Source of the DNA: Thermoplasmata archaeon
Lineage (GTDB): Archaea; Thermoplasmatota; E2; JACPAO01; JAHFTW01
DNA: 64,000 bases
NCBI GenBank assembly: GCA_034667725.1
Contig: JAXDQS010000003.1
Coordinates: forward strand, 256,001 to 320,000
Direction: 5' to 3'
Shown here: positions 10,088 to 18,812 of the stretch, in pieces
Position numbering within the stretch: position 1 is the first letter of the stretch
Layout: every line of letters begins with the position of its first letter
Translations under genes and position numbers: made by a program
Notes under the pieces: model-generated
Told to the model about the DNA's origin: nothing
Database searches by the model: none
What the model saw: only the letters and a program-made list of their open reading frames with translations

Positions 10088-10956
10088 TCCGCCGGCTTCG
10101 GCTCGGGCTCCGGCTTCGGCTCCCAGCGCCGCAGCACCACGAACCAGAAGCACGCCATGAACAAGGCGAACAGGATCCAGCCCATGTGGGCGTGCGCGGT
10201 CTGCAGCGCGGCGGGGCCCCAGGCGATGCCGATGCGGGCCAGGATCACCAGCCGGAGGATGTTCATCACCCACAGTCCGGCCAGGCCCAGCAACAGCGTG
10301 GCCGCCAGGCGGGTGCCCGGCATCTTGGTCTGCCAGGCGTGCAGCCCGACCAGCCCGAGGAACAGGACGATGGGGTACAAGCCGGCGCAGACCAGGCCGA
10401 CGCCAAGCGTCAGCCCGCCGCGCGGGGTCTCGAGGACCAGGTTGTGGCCGACGACCTCGACGGGGGTGCCCAGCAGCACCAGGCCGAAGGCGGTGGGGGC
10501 GACGACCAAGGAGGCGACCGCGCCCGCGGCGCCAGAGCCCGCCTCGGGGCTCGACACCATCGCGTTGGAGGCGAACAGCACCATCGGCGCCAGCAGCAAG
10601 GGGAACGACCAGCCGACAAGGCTGCCGACCTCGACCTTGCCGAGCTTCCGGTCCAAGAACGGGGAGGAGGCGAGAAGGGCGGCGCCGTAGGCCAGGAGGC
10701 CCCACTCGGGGAGGCCGAGGCCGTTGGCGCGCACCGCGTTGACCGCGATGGTGCCGACGACCAAGGCCGCCCCGAGGGCGGCGACCCAGCGGCCGCGCCG
10801 CATCTGGATGCGCGGGAGCCCGAAGGCGAGGATGGCTGCGCCCGCGGCCAGGCTCAGGAACCCCGCGACCGGGGATTCGTGGGCCAGGAGGCCGAGGAGG
10901 ACGAGGAGCCCGTAGCCGGCCAACAGGAGGCCGAGGAGGCTGCGCAGCCCGCCCAT
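10084..10956 (-). CDS. Archaeosortase/exosortase family membrane transpeptidase
   Basis: About 8 TM helices with the Cys (LVCAGL), Arg (NILRL) and His (AHAHMGW) triad in exosortase order. Confidence 0.88.
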   Translation of the reverse strand: MGGLRSLLGLLLAGYGLLVLLGLLAHESPVAGFLSLAAGAAILAFGLPRIQMRRGRWVAALGAALVVGTIAVNAVRANGLGLPEWGLLAYGAALLASSPFLDRKLGKVEVGSLVGWSFPLLLAPMVLFASNAMVSSPEAGSGAAGAVASLVVAPTAFGLVLLGTPVEVVGHNLVLETPRGGLTLGVGLVCAGLYPIVLFLGLVGLHAWQTKMPGTRLAATLLLGLAGLWVMNILRLVILARIGIAWGPAALQTAHAHMGWILFALFMACFWFVVLRRWEPKPEPEPKPAD

Positions 10957-10960
10957 CGGC

Positions 10961-11785
10961 TCACTCCTGCTTCCGGCGGGCGATGGCGTAGGCCGCGGTG
11001 CCGAGGAGGCCGGCGGCGCCGACCGCGACGAAGGTCGGCAGGTCGGGGATGGTGGTGACCTCGACCTGCGCGCAGCCCTCGCTCTCGGAGTCGCCGAACA
11101 GCGCCGTCACCATGTAGGTGTAAGTGACGCCGTCCTCGGTGTCCGCGTCGATGTACGTACCGACGCCGGCGTCGAGGTTGGCGATGTGCTCGAAGTCGCC
11201 GTCGCCCTCGGCGCGGTACACCATGGTGCCGTTGCTGCCGGGGGCGGGCGTGAAGGTCAGCTCGACCGAGCCGTCGCTGCGGGCCAGCAGCACGAGGTCG
11301 GTGGGGCACGGCAGCTCCTCCGGGGGCGGGCACTGCTCGGAGCCCTCCTCGCACTCGGGCGCGCACTCCTCGACCCAGAACATCTTGTTCTTGGTGCTGT
11401 CCTTGCCGTCGTCCTCGGTGACCTCGAGGCGGTAGTGGCCGGCGGCCAGGGTGTAGGGGCCGCTCAGGAAGTGGAAGCCCTCCTCGTCGTCGCCCGTGTC
11501 CGCCGTCCATTCGCCGTCCAGCACCATCGTCATGTCGCCCGTCGGGGGCCAGGAGAAGATCTCGAACGAGCCGGTGCCGGCGTTCATGTTGAAGCCTTCG
11601 ATCCAGAAGTCCTCGCAGTCGACGTGCGGGATGTTGCGCGTCGGCGGGTCGGCGGTCTCCTCGTCGTGGACCTTGACGTCGCCCGCGTGGCCGTGGGCGC
11701 TGGTGGGCGTGGCAAAGAGGACGAAAGCCCCGGCGATGGCCAGGGACAGGACGGTGGCGGTGCGTGCATTGAGCATAAGGCTCAC
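10961..11785 (-). CDS. Secreted acidic protein with FN3-like domain and C-terminal sorting signal (IPDLPT-TM-RRK)
   Basis: Signal peptide; VYRAEG...YIDADTEDGVTYTYMVTA FN3-like pattern; tripartite C-terminus; 4 nt upstream of the archaeosortase. Alternative ATG at 11776. Confidence 0.82.
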   Translation of the reverse strand: MSLMLNARTATVLSLAIAGAFVLFATPTSAHGHAGDVKVHDEETADPPTRNIPHVDCEDFWIEGFNMNAGTGSFEIFSWPPTGDMTMVLDGEWTADTGDDEEGFHFLSGPYTLAAGHYRLEVTEDDGKDSTKNKMFWVEECAPECEEGSEQCPPPEELPCPTDLVLLARSDGSVELTFTPAPGSNGTMVYRAEGDGDFEHIANLDAGVGTYIDADTEDGVTYTYMVTALFGDSESEGCAQVEVTTIPDLPTFVAVGAAGLLGTAAYAIARRKQE

Positions 11786-11868
11786 TGGAATGTCTCGCGC
11801 GGCGCTCCATTAGGCGTGTTGGGACAACGATCCATGGCACGTTCCTCGAAGCTACTGCCGGGTCGCCG

Positions 11869-11958
11869 CCTAGGGGCTTCGCCCCTAGGACCCCCTGGCG
11901 CGTCACGGCGCTGCGCGCGCGACGCACCGAACGCCTTCGCTTCGCGTTCGGCGCGCGC
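11869..11958. promoter_or_regulatory. Two inverted repeats between the nucleotidyltransferase and the sortase-substrate gene
   Basis: CCTAGGGGC-ttc-GCCCCTAGG (11869-11889, perfect 9 bp) and CCGAACGC-N9-GCGTTCGG (11927-11951); function unknown. Confidence 0.5.
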
Positions 11959-11978
11959 CGACGCGCGACCCTTCCCCA

Positions 11979-12968
11979 TCATTGCCGCGTCGCCGCCCGC
12001 AGCCTTGCCAACTCCGCCGTGGGGTCCGGCGCCGCGCGCGGCCCGAGGATGCGGACGGCGTCAGCGGGTGCGATGGCGGGCTCCGGCGTTGCCTCCAGCA
12101 GCCGCAGCGTCGCCTGCCGCACCTTCATGGTGGGGTGCCGCAGCAGCCGGGCCTGCGCCTGGCCTCGGCTCCGCGCCAGGTACAAGAGGTGGTCGACCAC
12201 GCCGTCGCCGGCCGGCCCCGCCAGCCGCAGCGCGGTCGGCACGGCGTCGAGCAGGGCCGCGCGCGCGGCCCGCCACGCCTGCGCGGCGTCGCGCGGGGGC
12301 GCGTGCGCGAGGTCCACCTTGAAGGCGAAGGCCCACTCGAACCACGCCCGCCGCGCCTCGACGGCGGGGATCGGGGGCAGCCGGGCCCACAGCTCCTGGC
12401 GCTCGCGCTGGCTGGGCGCGAACGCGCCCGCGCCCAGGAGGTGCGCGTCCAAGGCGGCAAGCAGCGCCTTGGCCGCCTGGATGCGGCGCGCGTGCGGGTC
12501 GGCGTTCGGCGTCACCAAGAGGAGGCCGGCGGCGCGGTTGGCCACCAGCCGGAGCGCCTCGCCGGGCGCCAGGTCCTGGGGGCCGCGCACTGGGATGCGG
12601 TCCAACAGCGGTTCGCCCCACACGGTCTTGCCCCGGAGCGCGGTCTCGTACCAGAAGATGGACGGGGCGACGCGCGGCAGGCGGGCGGCGGCGACGGGCG
12701 CGAGGTCGATGTGCAGGCCCAGCTCGGCCTCGAGCTGGCGCGCGAGGGGGCCGTAGCGCGCGGGCGCGCCCAGCCGCCGGACGGCGACGAAGTCGTAGTC
12801 GTTCTGCGGGACGCCGTCGAGCACCGTGCCCTCGCCGCGCGCGAACCCGCCCGTCAGCACCAGGCTGCGGAGGGCGGGGTCGCGGGCGCGGACCGCCTCG
12901 GCGACGCGGGCGAGGTCGCCTTCGACCCGCGCCACGACCTCCGGCGTGTCCCGGAGGGTGTAGCTCAT
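11979..12968 (-). CDS. Pol-beta superfamily nucleotidyltransferase-domain protein
   Basis: LVLTGGFARGEG...NDYDFV motif and a later IDL third Asp; ATG overlaps the upstream stop. Confidence 0.8.
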   Translation of the reverse strand: MSYTLRDTPEVVARVEGDLARVAEAVRARDPALRSLVLTGGFARGEGTVLDGVPQNDYDFVAVRRLGAPARYGPLARQLEAELGLHIDLAPVAAARLPRVAPSIFWYETALRGKTVWGEPLLDRIPVRGPQDLAPGEALRLVANRAAGLLLVTPNADPHARRIQAAKALLAALDAHLLGAGAFAPSQRERQELWARLPPIPAVEARRAWFEWAFAFKVDLAHAPPRDAAQAWRAARAALLDAVPTALRLAGPAGDGVVDHLLYLARSRGQAQARLLRHPTMKVRQATLRLLEATPEPAIAPADAVRILGPRAAPDPTAELARLRAATRQ

Positions 12969-14230
12969 GCCTGCTTGCGGGCCGAGGCGGGGGCCACTTG
13001 GATGGGGGCCCGGAGCAGCGACTCGCCCTCGTTGGTGTCGGGGACGGGCAGGCGGAGCATGTCGCACAGGGTGGGGAACACGTCCACGAGGCTGCGGTTG
13101 CCGACGGGGTGGGGCGGGACCCGGCCGGGGCTCGACGAGATGACCATGGCGCCCATGCCCTCCTCGGACTTGTCGAGGTAGCCGTGCATGCCGACGATCT
13201 TCGAGTCGGTGACGTGGAAGTAGTCGGGCCAGTACATCACACCCGGGTTCGCGATGAGCATCCGGTCGCCCCAGCGCCGGTCCATCGGGATGCGGCGCGC
13301 CTTGCGCTCGTCGTCGGACAGCACCCGGCTGCCGGCGATGCCGGGCAGGACGGCCTCGACGGCGTCGCGGCCCTTGGGGGTCAGGTACCACAGCACCGCG
13401 ATGGTCGAGTTGACGAAGACCACGTAATCCTCGGCTTCCTTGGCGCCGCTGGCCCGGAGCGCCTTGAGGACGTTGACCTCCTGGCGGACGGGGCCCATGC
13501 CGTGGTCGCCGCAGATGAACAGGTCCCACGAGTCGTAGCCGGCGGACAGGGCGGCGTGGATGCTGGCGAACTTCTGGTCGAGCTCGCGCAGGTGGCCTTT
13601 CTGCATCTTGTCGCTGAAGGGGCCGTCGACGTGGCCGCGCTGGTCGCACACCGAGAACTGGGCGACGTAGAGGTCGTAGGGGGCCGAGGCGCGCAGCTCG
13701 CGCACCAGGATCTCGTGGATCTCGTTGTCGACGCCGGAGATGGGGTGGGCCAGGTAACGGAAGCGGAGGTCGTTCTCGCGGCACAGGTCGAAGATCGACT
13801 TGGCGCCCAAGGCACCGGGCTCGTACATCGGCTTCATGTCCTCGCACATGGCGAAGCTGGGCAGGAACTTCGGCGGGATCCAGGCGGGGTCGGTGTGGAA
13901 CGCGCCGGTCTTCATCTTGGTGATCTTCTCGACCACCTTGCGCGTCGGCCAGAACAGCTTCTTGGGACGCACCAGCGCCCGCAGCGGGCCGAGCTTGCGG
14001 ACCCACTTGAACGGGCTCTCCTCGGGGTTGAACACGAACTGGCTGAAGTTGCCGGAGGTGTCGGGGTAGCGGCCGGAGAACAGCACCGTGCGCTGGGCGA
14101 AGCCGGGCGGGCTCTCGAACGAGCCCGTGAGGGACTTCTGGGCAAGGCCGTGCAAAAACGGCATCGTGTCGGGGCGGACGTAGTCGGCCCTGCCGGCATC
14201 CATGATGATGAAGACGGTCGCGTGGGTCAT
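12965..14230 (-). CDS. Alkaline phosphatase superfamily / type I phosphodiesterase-like protein
   Basis: IIMDAGR, DQRGH, GDHGM and GMHGY metal-ligand motifs; SLVDVFPTL. Confidence 0.87.
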   Translation of the reverse strand: MTHATVFIIMDAGRADYVRPDTMPFLHGLAQKSLTGSFESPPGFAQRTVLFSGRYPDTSGNFSQFVFNPEESPFKWVRKLGPLRALVRPKKLFWPTRKVVEKITKMKTGAFHTDPAWIPPKFLPSFAMCEDMKPMYEPGALGAKSIFDLCRENDLRFRYLAHPISGVDNEIHEILVRELRASAPYDLYVAQFSVCDQRGHVDGPFSDKMQKGHLRELDQKFASIHAALSAGYDSWDLFICGDHGMGPVRQEVNVLKALRASGAKEAEDYVVFVNSTIAVLWYLTPKGRDAVEAVLPGIAGSRVLSDDERKARRIPMDRRWGDRMLIANPGVMYWPDYFHVTDSKIVGMHGYLDKSEEGMGAMVISSSPGRVPPHPVGNRSLVDVFPTLCDMLRLPVPDTNEGESLLRAPIQVAPASARKQA

Positions 14231-15186
14231 GTGGGGGTCTCCTTGGGGGTCTTGCGGCGGCTGCGCCCGAGGGCGAGCCCGTGCACATACTGGACGAGGA
14301 AGGCGAGGTCGAAGGCGGGGGAGGCGGCGACCCCGCGCACGAGGTGCAGGGCCGGCAGGCTGCGGCGGCGGCGCACGGCGCGCCGCACGGCCGGGACCCA
14401 GAGGGCGCCGGCCAAGAGGGGCAAGCCGAGGATGGGCAGCCAGACGGCAACCAGGGCGCAAGCGGCAAGCCCGCCGCCCCACGCGAGCACCTCGCGCTGG
14501 ACGCCGAGCTCGCTGGCGTAGGCGCCGCAGCCGTAGCCCTCGCGGACGTTCTTGCGCATCTCCTGGCGCAAGGTGGCGACGTCGTGGTGGCGGACCACCA
14601 TGCGCGGGTTGTAGACGGCGGTGTAGCCCTCGGCGGCGGCCCGTTGCGCCAGCAGCAGGTCCTCGGCGGCGTTGGCCCACGGGTCGAACGGGTGGCGCTC
14701 CAGGATGGTGCGCTTGTAGCCGGCGGCGACGTTGGAGGCGAACCGTAGCGGCTCGGGGGTCTCGCCGTCGGGGAAGTGGTAGCGCAGGCCGCGCACGGCG
14801 GCGGCCGTCGTCCAGCGCTCGGGCGAGTGGATCTGCGGGCCGAACGCCATGTCGGCCTTGGCCAGCGAGGACGCCATCTCGGCGGTCCAGTGCTCGTCGG
14901 GCTCGGCGTCGGCGGACAGGAACGCGATCCAGTCCGATTTGGCCATCGCGACGCCGCGGTTGCGGGCCTCGCCGATCGGGAGGCAGGTGTCGGCCATGCT
15001 CAGGCGCAGCGGGACCGGGAACTCGGTCTGGGCCTGGCGCAGGATGGCGCCGGTGCGGTCGGTGCTGGCGGCGTCGACCACGAGGACCTCGAAGTCGCGC
15101 ATCCGTTGGCGGGCGAGCGCTGCGAGGGTGGCGCCGATGTTGCGCTCCTCATTCAGCGTCAGCACCACGACCGACAGGCGCGGCAT
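14227..15186 (-). CDS. Glycosyltransferase family 2 with C-terminal membrane helices
   Basis: SVVVLTLNEE, VVDAASTDRT, ARNRG, FLSADA and AED motifs. Confidence 0.9.
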   Translation of the reverse strand: MPRLSVVVLTLNEERNIGATLAALARQRMRDFEVLVVDAASTDRTGAILRQAQTEFPVPLRLSMADTCLPIGEARNRGVAMAKSDWIAFLSADAEPDEHWTAEMASSLAKADMAFGPQIHSPERWTTAAAVRGLRYHFPDGETPEPLRFASNVAAGYKRTILERHPFDPWANAAEDLLLAQRAAAEGYTAVYNPRMVVRHHDVATLRQEMRKNVREGYGCGAYASELGVQREVLAWGGGLAACALVAVWLPILGLPLLAGALWVPAVRRAVRRRRSLPALHLVRGVAASPAFDLAFLVQYVHGLALGRSRRKTPKETPT

Positions 15187-16435
15187 CCGGCATCACCTCC
15201 TGCGGGCGGGCTTCGCGGGTTTCTTGGTGCAGGCGCCAGGTGGCGTAGGCGGCGAACGGCACGTTGGCCAACAGCCAGGCGAACGCGGCGCCGGTGGTGC
15301 CGGACGAGCCGGCGAGGGTGGGGGCAAGCACGAGGAGCATGGCGAGCGTGAGGGTGGGCAGCAGCACCATGGGGGCGGTGTGCTCGCGGGCGCGCAGCAC
15401 CGACAGCGCGAGGCTGGCGGGGGCCGCAAGCAGGGCGCTGGCGGCCAGCACCACGAGCGCCGGCGCGGCGTCGGCGTAGCCGGGCCCGAAGACGCCGAGC
15501 AGCCACGGCGCCAGCAGCGCGAGGCCGGCGGCGCCGGGCAGGACGATCCACGCCTGCTGCCGCAGCGCCCGCCGGAGGGTGGCGGGGTCGGGCTCGCGCG
15601 CGACCAGTTGCCGCAGCGCGCTGCGGGCGATGGCGGAGCACGCCAGCAGCAGCATCGAGGCCAGGGTCCAGGCCATGGCGAAGTGCGCCGCGGCCTCGGG
15701 GCCCTGCACCGCGAGCAGGATGGGGGTCAAGAGCAGGCCCGGCAGGAACTCGGCGGCGGTGCCGGCCATGTTCCGCACGGCGCTTGCGACGAAGGTGCGG
15801 CGCGAGACGGGCGTCCCGCCCGCGTGCTCGATGCGGCGCTGGATGCGGTTGCCGACGACGACGGCGCACAGCACGCCGATGGCCCAGGCCAGCGGGATGA
15901 CCAACGGCAGCACCAAGGCGAGGGCGACGGCGGCGACGATGCGCACGACGGCGCCGCCCAGGTTGCGCGCGGCGGCCTGGCCGGCGCGGCCGCCGGACAG
16001 CAGCACGGCGTCCTGGAGCCAGGCGTAGAGCAGCAGCATCCCGATGAGGGCGACGAGCAGCCATTCGGTGCGGCCCAGCTCGGGCCACGCGCCGGCGGAG
16101 GTGCCCCACAGGGCCAGCACGCCCCAGACGGCGAGCAGGAAGGCGCCGCCGAGGCCGAGGGCGAAGCCGAACAGGTTGCCCTCGCGGCCCGTGGACGGCA
16201 GGTAGCGCAACAGCGCGGTGTCGAGGCCGCCCTTGGCGAGCACCGCGACCAAGGTGCCGAGGGCGATGACCGCGGAGCCGACGCCGACCTCACGGGCGGG
16301 GAGTTGCAGCACCCGGGTCGCCACCAGCCAGAACACGAGTCCCGCCGCTGCCGTGGCGACCGTGTTCAGCATGAGGTAGGCGGCGTCGCGGTGCTGCGCC
16401 TGGGCCCAGGCCTGGCGGAGTCTCGGCAGGGTCAT
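15149..16435 (-). CDS. Oligosaccharide flippase (Wzx/MOP family)
   Basis: About 12 TM helices; GLVFWLVATR...EVGVGS...GLDTALLRYLP and LGVFGPGY patterns; located in a GT operon. Confidence 0.8.
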   Translation of the reverse strand: MTLPRLRQAWAQAQHRDAAYLMLNTVATAAAGLVFWLVATRVLQLPAREVGVGSAVIALGTLVAVLAKGGLDTALLRYLPSTGREGNLFGFALGLGGAFLLAVWGVLALWGTSAGAWPELGRTEWLLVALIGMLLLYAWLQDAVLLSGGRAGQAAARNLGGAVVRIVAAVALALVLPLVIPLAWAIGVLCAVVVGNRIQRRIEHAGGTPVSRRTFVASAVRNMAGTAAEFLPGLLLTPILLAVQGPEAAAHFAMAWTLASMLLLACSAIARSALRQLVAREPDPATLRRALRQQAWIVLPGAAGLALLAPWLLGVFGPGYADAAPALVVLAASALLAAPASLALSVLRAREHTAPMVLLPTLTLAMLLVLAPTLAGSSGTTGAAFAWLLANVPFAAYATWRLHQETREARPQEVMPDAAPVGRGADAE

Positions 16436-16444
16436 CCGGCACGC

Positions 16445-16981
16445 TCAGGGAGAGGCCGGGACGGCTTCGTTCAGGACGCGCTGCGCGGCCGGGCTCAGGG
16501 CGTACAGCGTGCCGCCGGGGCCTTGGCGCTCGAGGTCGCCGGCCTGCAGCATCCGGGTGAGGTGGTAGCCGAGGGTGCTGTCGGCGCAGCCGAGGCGGCG
16601 GCGCAGCTCGGTGCGCGCCAGCGGCCCGGCCAATAGCAACTGGGCGATCTGGCGGGGCACCGGGCGGGCCAGGCGCGCCATGCCGGGGCGGAGCTGGGGC
16701 TCGTGGCCGTCGGTGACGAAGAACCGGCTGAACCGGCCGTCCTTGACCTCCACCAGGAGGCCTTGGCGGGCCAGGCGGTCGACGTGGTGGCGGAGCTGGC
16801 CGTTGGAGTGCAGGCTGGCGGCGCGCTCCAGGCCGCGGAAGTGGATGCCGGGGCTGGCGCGCACGATGTGGCAGAGCTTGACGCCGACGGGGGCTTCGGC
16901 GGGGGCCTGCATGGGGGCGGACATCCACGATGGGCCGGTCGCGGCCGAGGCAAGGGCGGGGCGGGGCTCGTCCATGGTCAT
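16445..16981 (-). CDS. Archaeal double winged-HTH transcriptional regulator
   Basis: PGIHFRGLER...GQLRHHVDRL and RTELRRRLG...STLGYHLTRM HTH motifs; start uncertain (16981, 16975 or 16924). Confidence 0.82.
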   Translation of the reverse strand: MTMDEPRPALASAATGPSWMSAPMQAPAEAPVGVKLCHIVRASPGIHFRGLERAASLHSNGQLRHHVDRLARQGLLVEVKDGRFSRFFVTDGHEPQLRPGMARLARPVPRQIAQLLLAGPLARTELRRRLGCADSTLGYHLTRMLQAGDLERQGPGGTLYALSPAAQRVLNEAVPASP

Positions 16982-16986
16982 CCGCC

Positions 16987-17009
16987 AACCATCTGGCGTC
17001 GAGATGGTT
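16987..17009. promoter_or_regulatory. Candidate operator palindrome AACCATCT-N7-AGATGGTT overlapping the wHTH promoter
   Basis: Perfect 8-bp inverted repeat between a TTCATAA box (minus strand, 17014-17008) and the ATG at 16981. Confidence 0.55.
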
Positions 17010-17134
17010 ATGAAGCATGGGGGCGGATTCGTTGCCACATCCCTCGAAATGTGGGAACAAACCTAGGCAATGCCGCGGCGGCGCGCGGCGGGAGGGGCAA
17101 GGTTCAAGGGTTCCATCGGCCCAAGTCCCGTGAC

Positions 17135-18082
17135 ATGCACGGCGCAATGGCCGAAGGACTTGTGGACATGGTGCGGGAGGGGCTGTCCGCCCGCCCGCGC
17201 CGCTTGCCCTCCATGCTGTTCTACGACGAAGAAGGGTCGCGGCTGTTCGACGCCATCACCCAGACCCCGGAATACTACCTGACGGAGACGGAGCGCCGCA
17301 TCCTCACGGAGCACGCCGCCGCCATCGTCGCCGCCGCCGGCACGCCGGCCCAAGTGGTCGAGCTGGGCGCCGGCTCCGCCGCCAAGACCCGCGTCCTATT
17401 GTCCGCCTTGCTGCAGCAGCAAGCCCAGGTCCACTACACCCCGATCGACGTGAGCCCGACCGCGCTGGCGCCGCTCAAGCCCGCGCTGGAGGCCGAGCTG
17501 CCAGGCGTCCAGGTGACTCCCGTCGTCGCCCGCAACCGTGCCGGGCTTGCCGCCTTGCCGTCGTCGCCGTCGCGCCGCCTCGTGCTGTTCTTGGGCTCCA
17601 GCATCGGCAACATGGACCCGATGCAGCAGGCCCGCTTCCTCCGGGACGTGGCCGAAGGGCTCGGGCCCGGCGACCGCATCCTCCTGGGCACCGACCGCGC
17701 CAAGGCCCGCCCCATGCTGGAGCGCGCCTACAACGACGCCGCCGGCGTCACCGCCGCCTTCAACCGCAACGCCCTGGTCCGCCTCAACCGCGAGATGGGC
17801 GCCGACTTCGAGCTGGAGGCGTTCCGCCACCGCGCCTTCTTCAACGTGGGCGCCAGCCGGGTCGAGATGCACCTGGAGGCCGGCCGCGACATGCGGGTCG
17901 AGGTGCAGGCCATCGACCTGTCGATGCGGATGCGCCGGGGCGAGACCATCCACACCGAGTCGTCCTACAAGTTCACCGACGCCTCGCTCGGCCGCCTGTG
18001 CAAACGCGCCGGGCTGGCCGTCGACGCCACCTGGGCGGACCCGCAGGGCTGGTTCAGCGTGCAGTTGCTGCGCAAGCCGTGA
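17135..18082 (+). CDS. egtD: L-histidine N-alpha-trimethyltransferase
   Basis: LFYDEEGSRLFDAIT..PEYY, ELGAGSAAKT, FLGSSIGN, AYNDAAGVTAAFN and IHTESSYKF motifs; alternative start 17147. Confidence 0.95.
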   Translation: MHGAMAEGLVDMVREGLSARPRRLPSMLFYDEEGSRLFDAITQTPEYYLTETERRILTEHAAAIVAAAGTPAQVVELGAGSAAKTRVLLSALLQQQAQVHYTPIDVSPTALAPLKPALEAELPGVQVTPVVARNRAGLAALPSSPSRRLVLFLGSSIGNMDPMQQARFLRDVAEGLGPGDRILLGTDRAKARPMLERAYNDAAGVTAAFNRNALVRLNREMGADFELEAFRHRAFFNVGASRVEMHLEAGRDMRVEVQAIDLSMRMRRGETIHTESSYKFTDASLGRLCKRAGLAVDATWADPQGWFSVQLLRKP

Positions 18083-18812
18083 CCCGGCCCGACGCCAGGC
18101 GCAGCACCGCGCCCGCCGGCACCGGCGTCCAGTCGCCGGGCCAGAGCGGCTCGCTGGCCACGAACGCGGTCCCGTCCCGCTCGGCGGTGTAGAGCGAGTT
18201 GCTGCGCGGCAGGTTGCCCGCGCGGGTCGCCCACACGCCGGCGGTGTCGGCGGCGATGAGGTTGAGCTGCGCGGGCGCCCGCTGCGCCGCCGCAAGGGCC
18301 AGCGCGTCGGCCACGAGCGCCGGCAACGCCTCCGCCATCGGCCGGTCGCGCAGCAGCGTGCACAGCCAGCGCAGCAGATGCTCGGTGTCGATGGCGGACG
18401 GCGGCGGCACCAGGTCGGGCGCGATGCGGGCCCGCACCGCCGCCTGCAGTGCTGCGAACCCGCCCAGGTAGCCGTTGAGCGACAGCAGCACGCCCTCGCA
18501 CGCAAACGGCGCGCACGCGGCCGGGTCGGGCGGCGCCGGCACGGTGGCGTTGCGCACCGCGGCCACGGCGACCGTCGCCCGCACCTCGCGCGCGAACCCC
18601 ATCTGCTCCTGCGCCTCCCAGGCGGGCGTCGCGCTGCGCACCAGCCGGACGTCGCCGCCATGGAGCCAGCCGACGCCCCAGCCGTCGCCGCACGCGGCGC
18701 CCGACAGCAGCTCGCGCGCGTCGCACGCCTGGCGGGCCAGCGGATGCGGCCCGTCCAGAAGCAGCGCGGACAGCGGCTGCGGCGCGCCCGCGAAGGCGGC
18801 GTGGCGGCACAT
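18054..18812 (-). CDS. egtC: EgtC-like class II glutamine amidotransferase (Ntn hydrolase)
   Basis: N-terminal MCRH nucleophile Cys; DGWGVGW, AAVRNAT, IDTE and VASEPL motifs; coupled to egtB. Confidence 0.85.
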   Translation of the reverse strand: MCRHAAFAGAPQPLSALLLDGPHPLARQACDARELLSGAACGDGWGVGWLHGGDVRLVRSATPAWEAQEQMGFAREVRATVAVAAVRNATVPAPPDPAACAPFACEGVLLSLNGYLGGFAALQAAVRARIAPDLVPPPSAIDTEHLLRWLCTLLRDRPMAEALPALVADALALAAAQRAPAQLNLIAADTAGVWATRAGNLPRSNSLYTAERDGTAFVASEPLWPGDWTPVPAGAVLRLASGRVTACAATAR

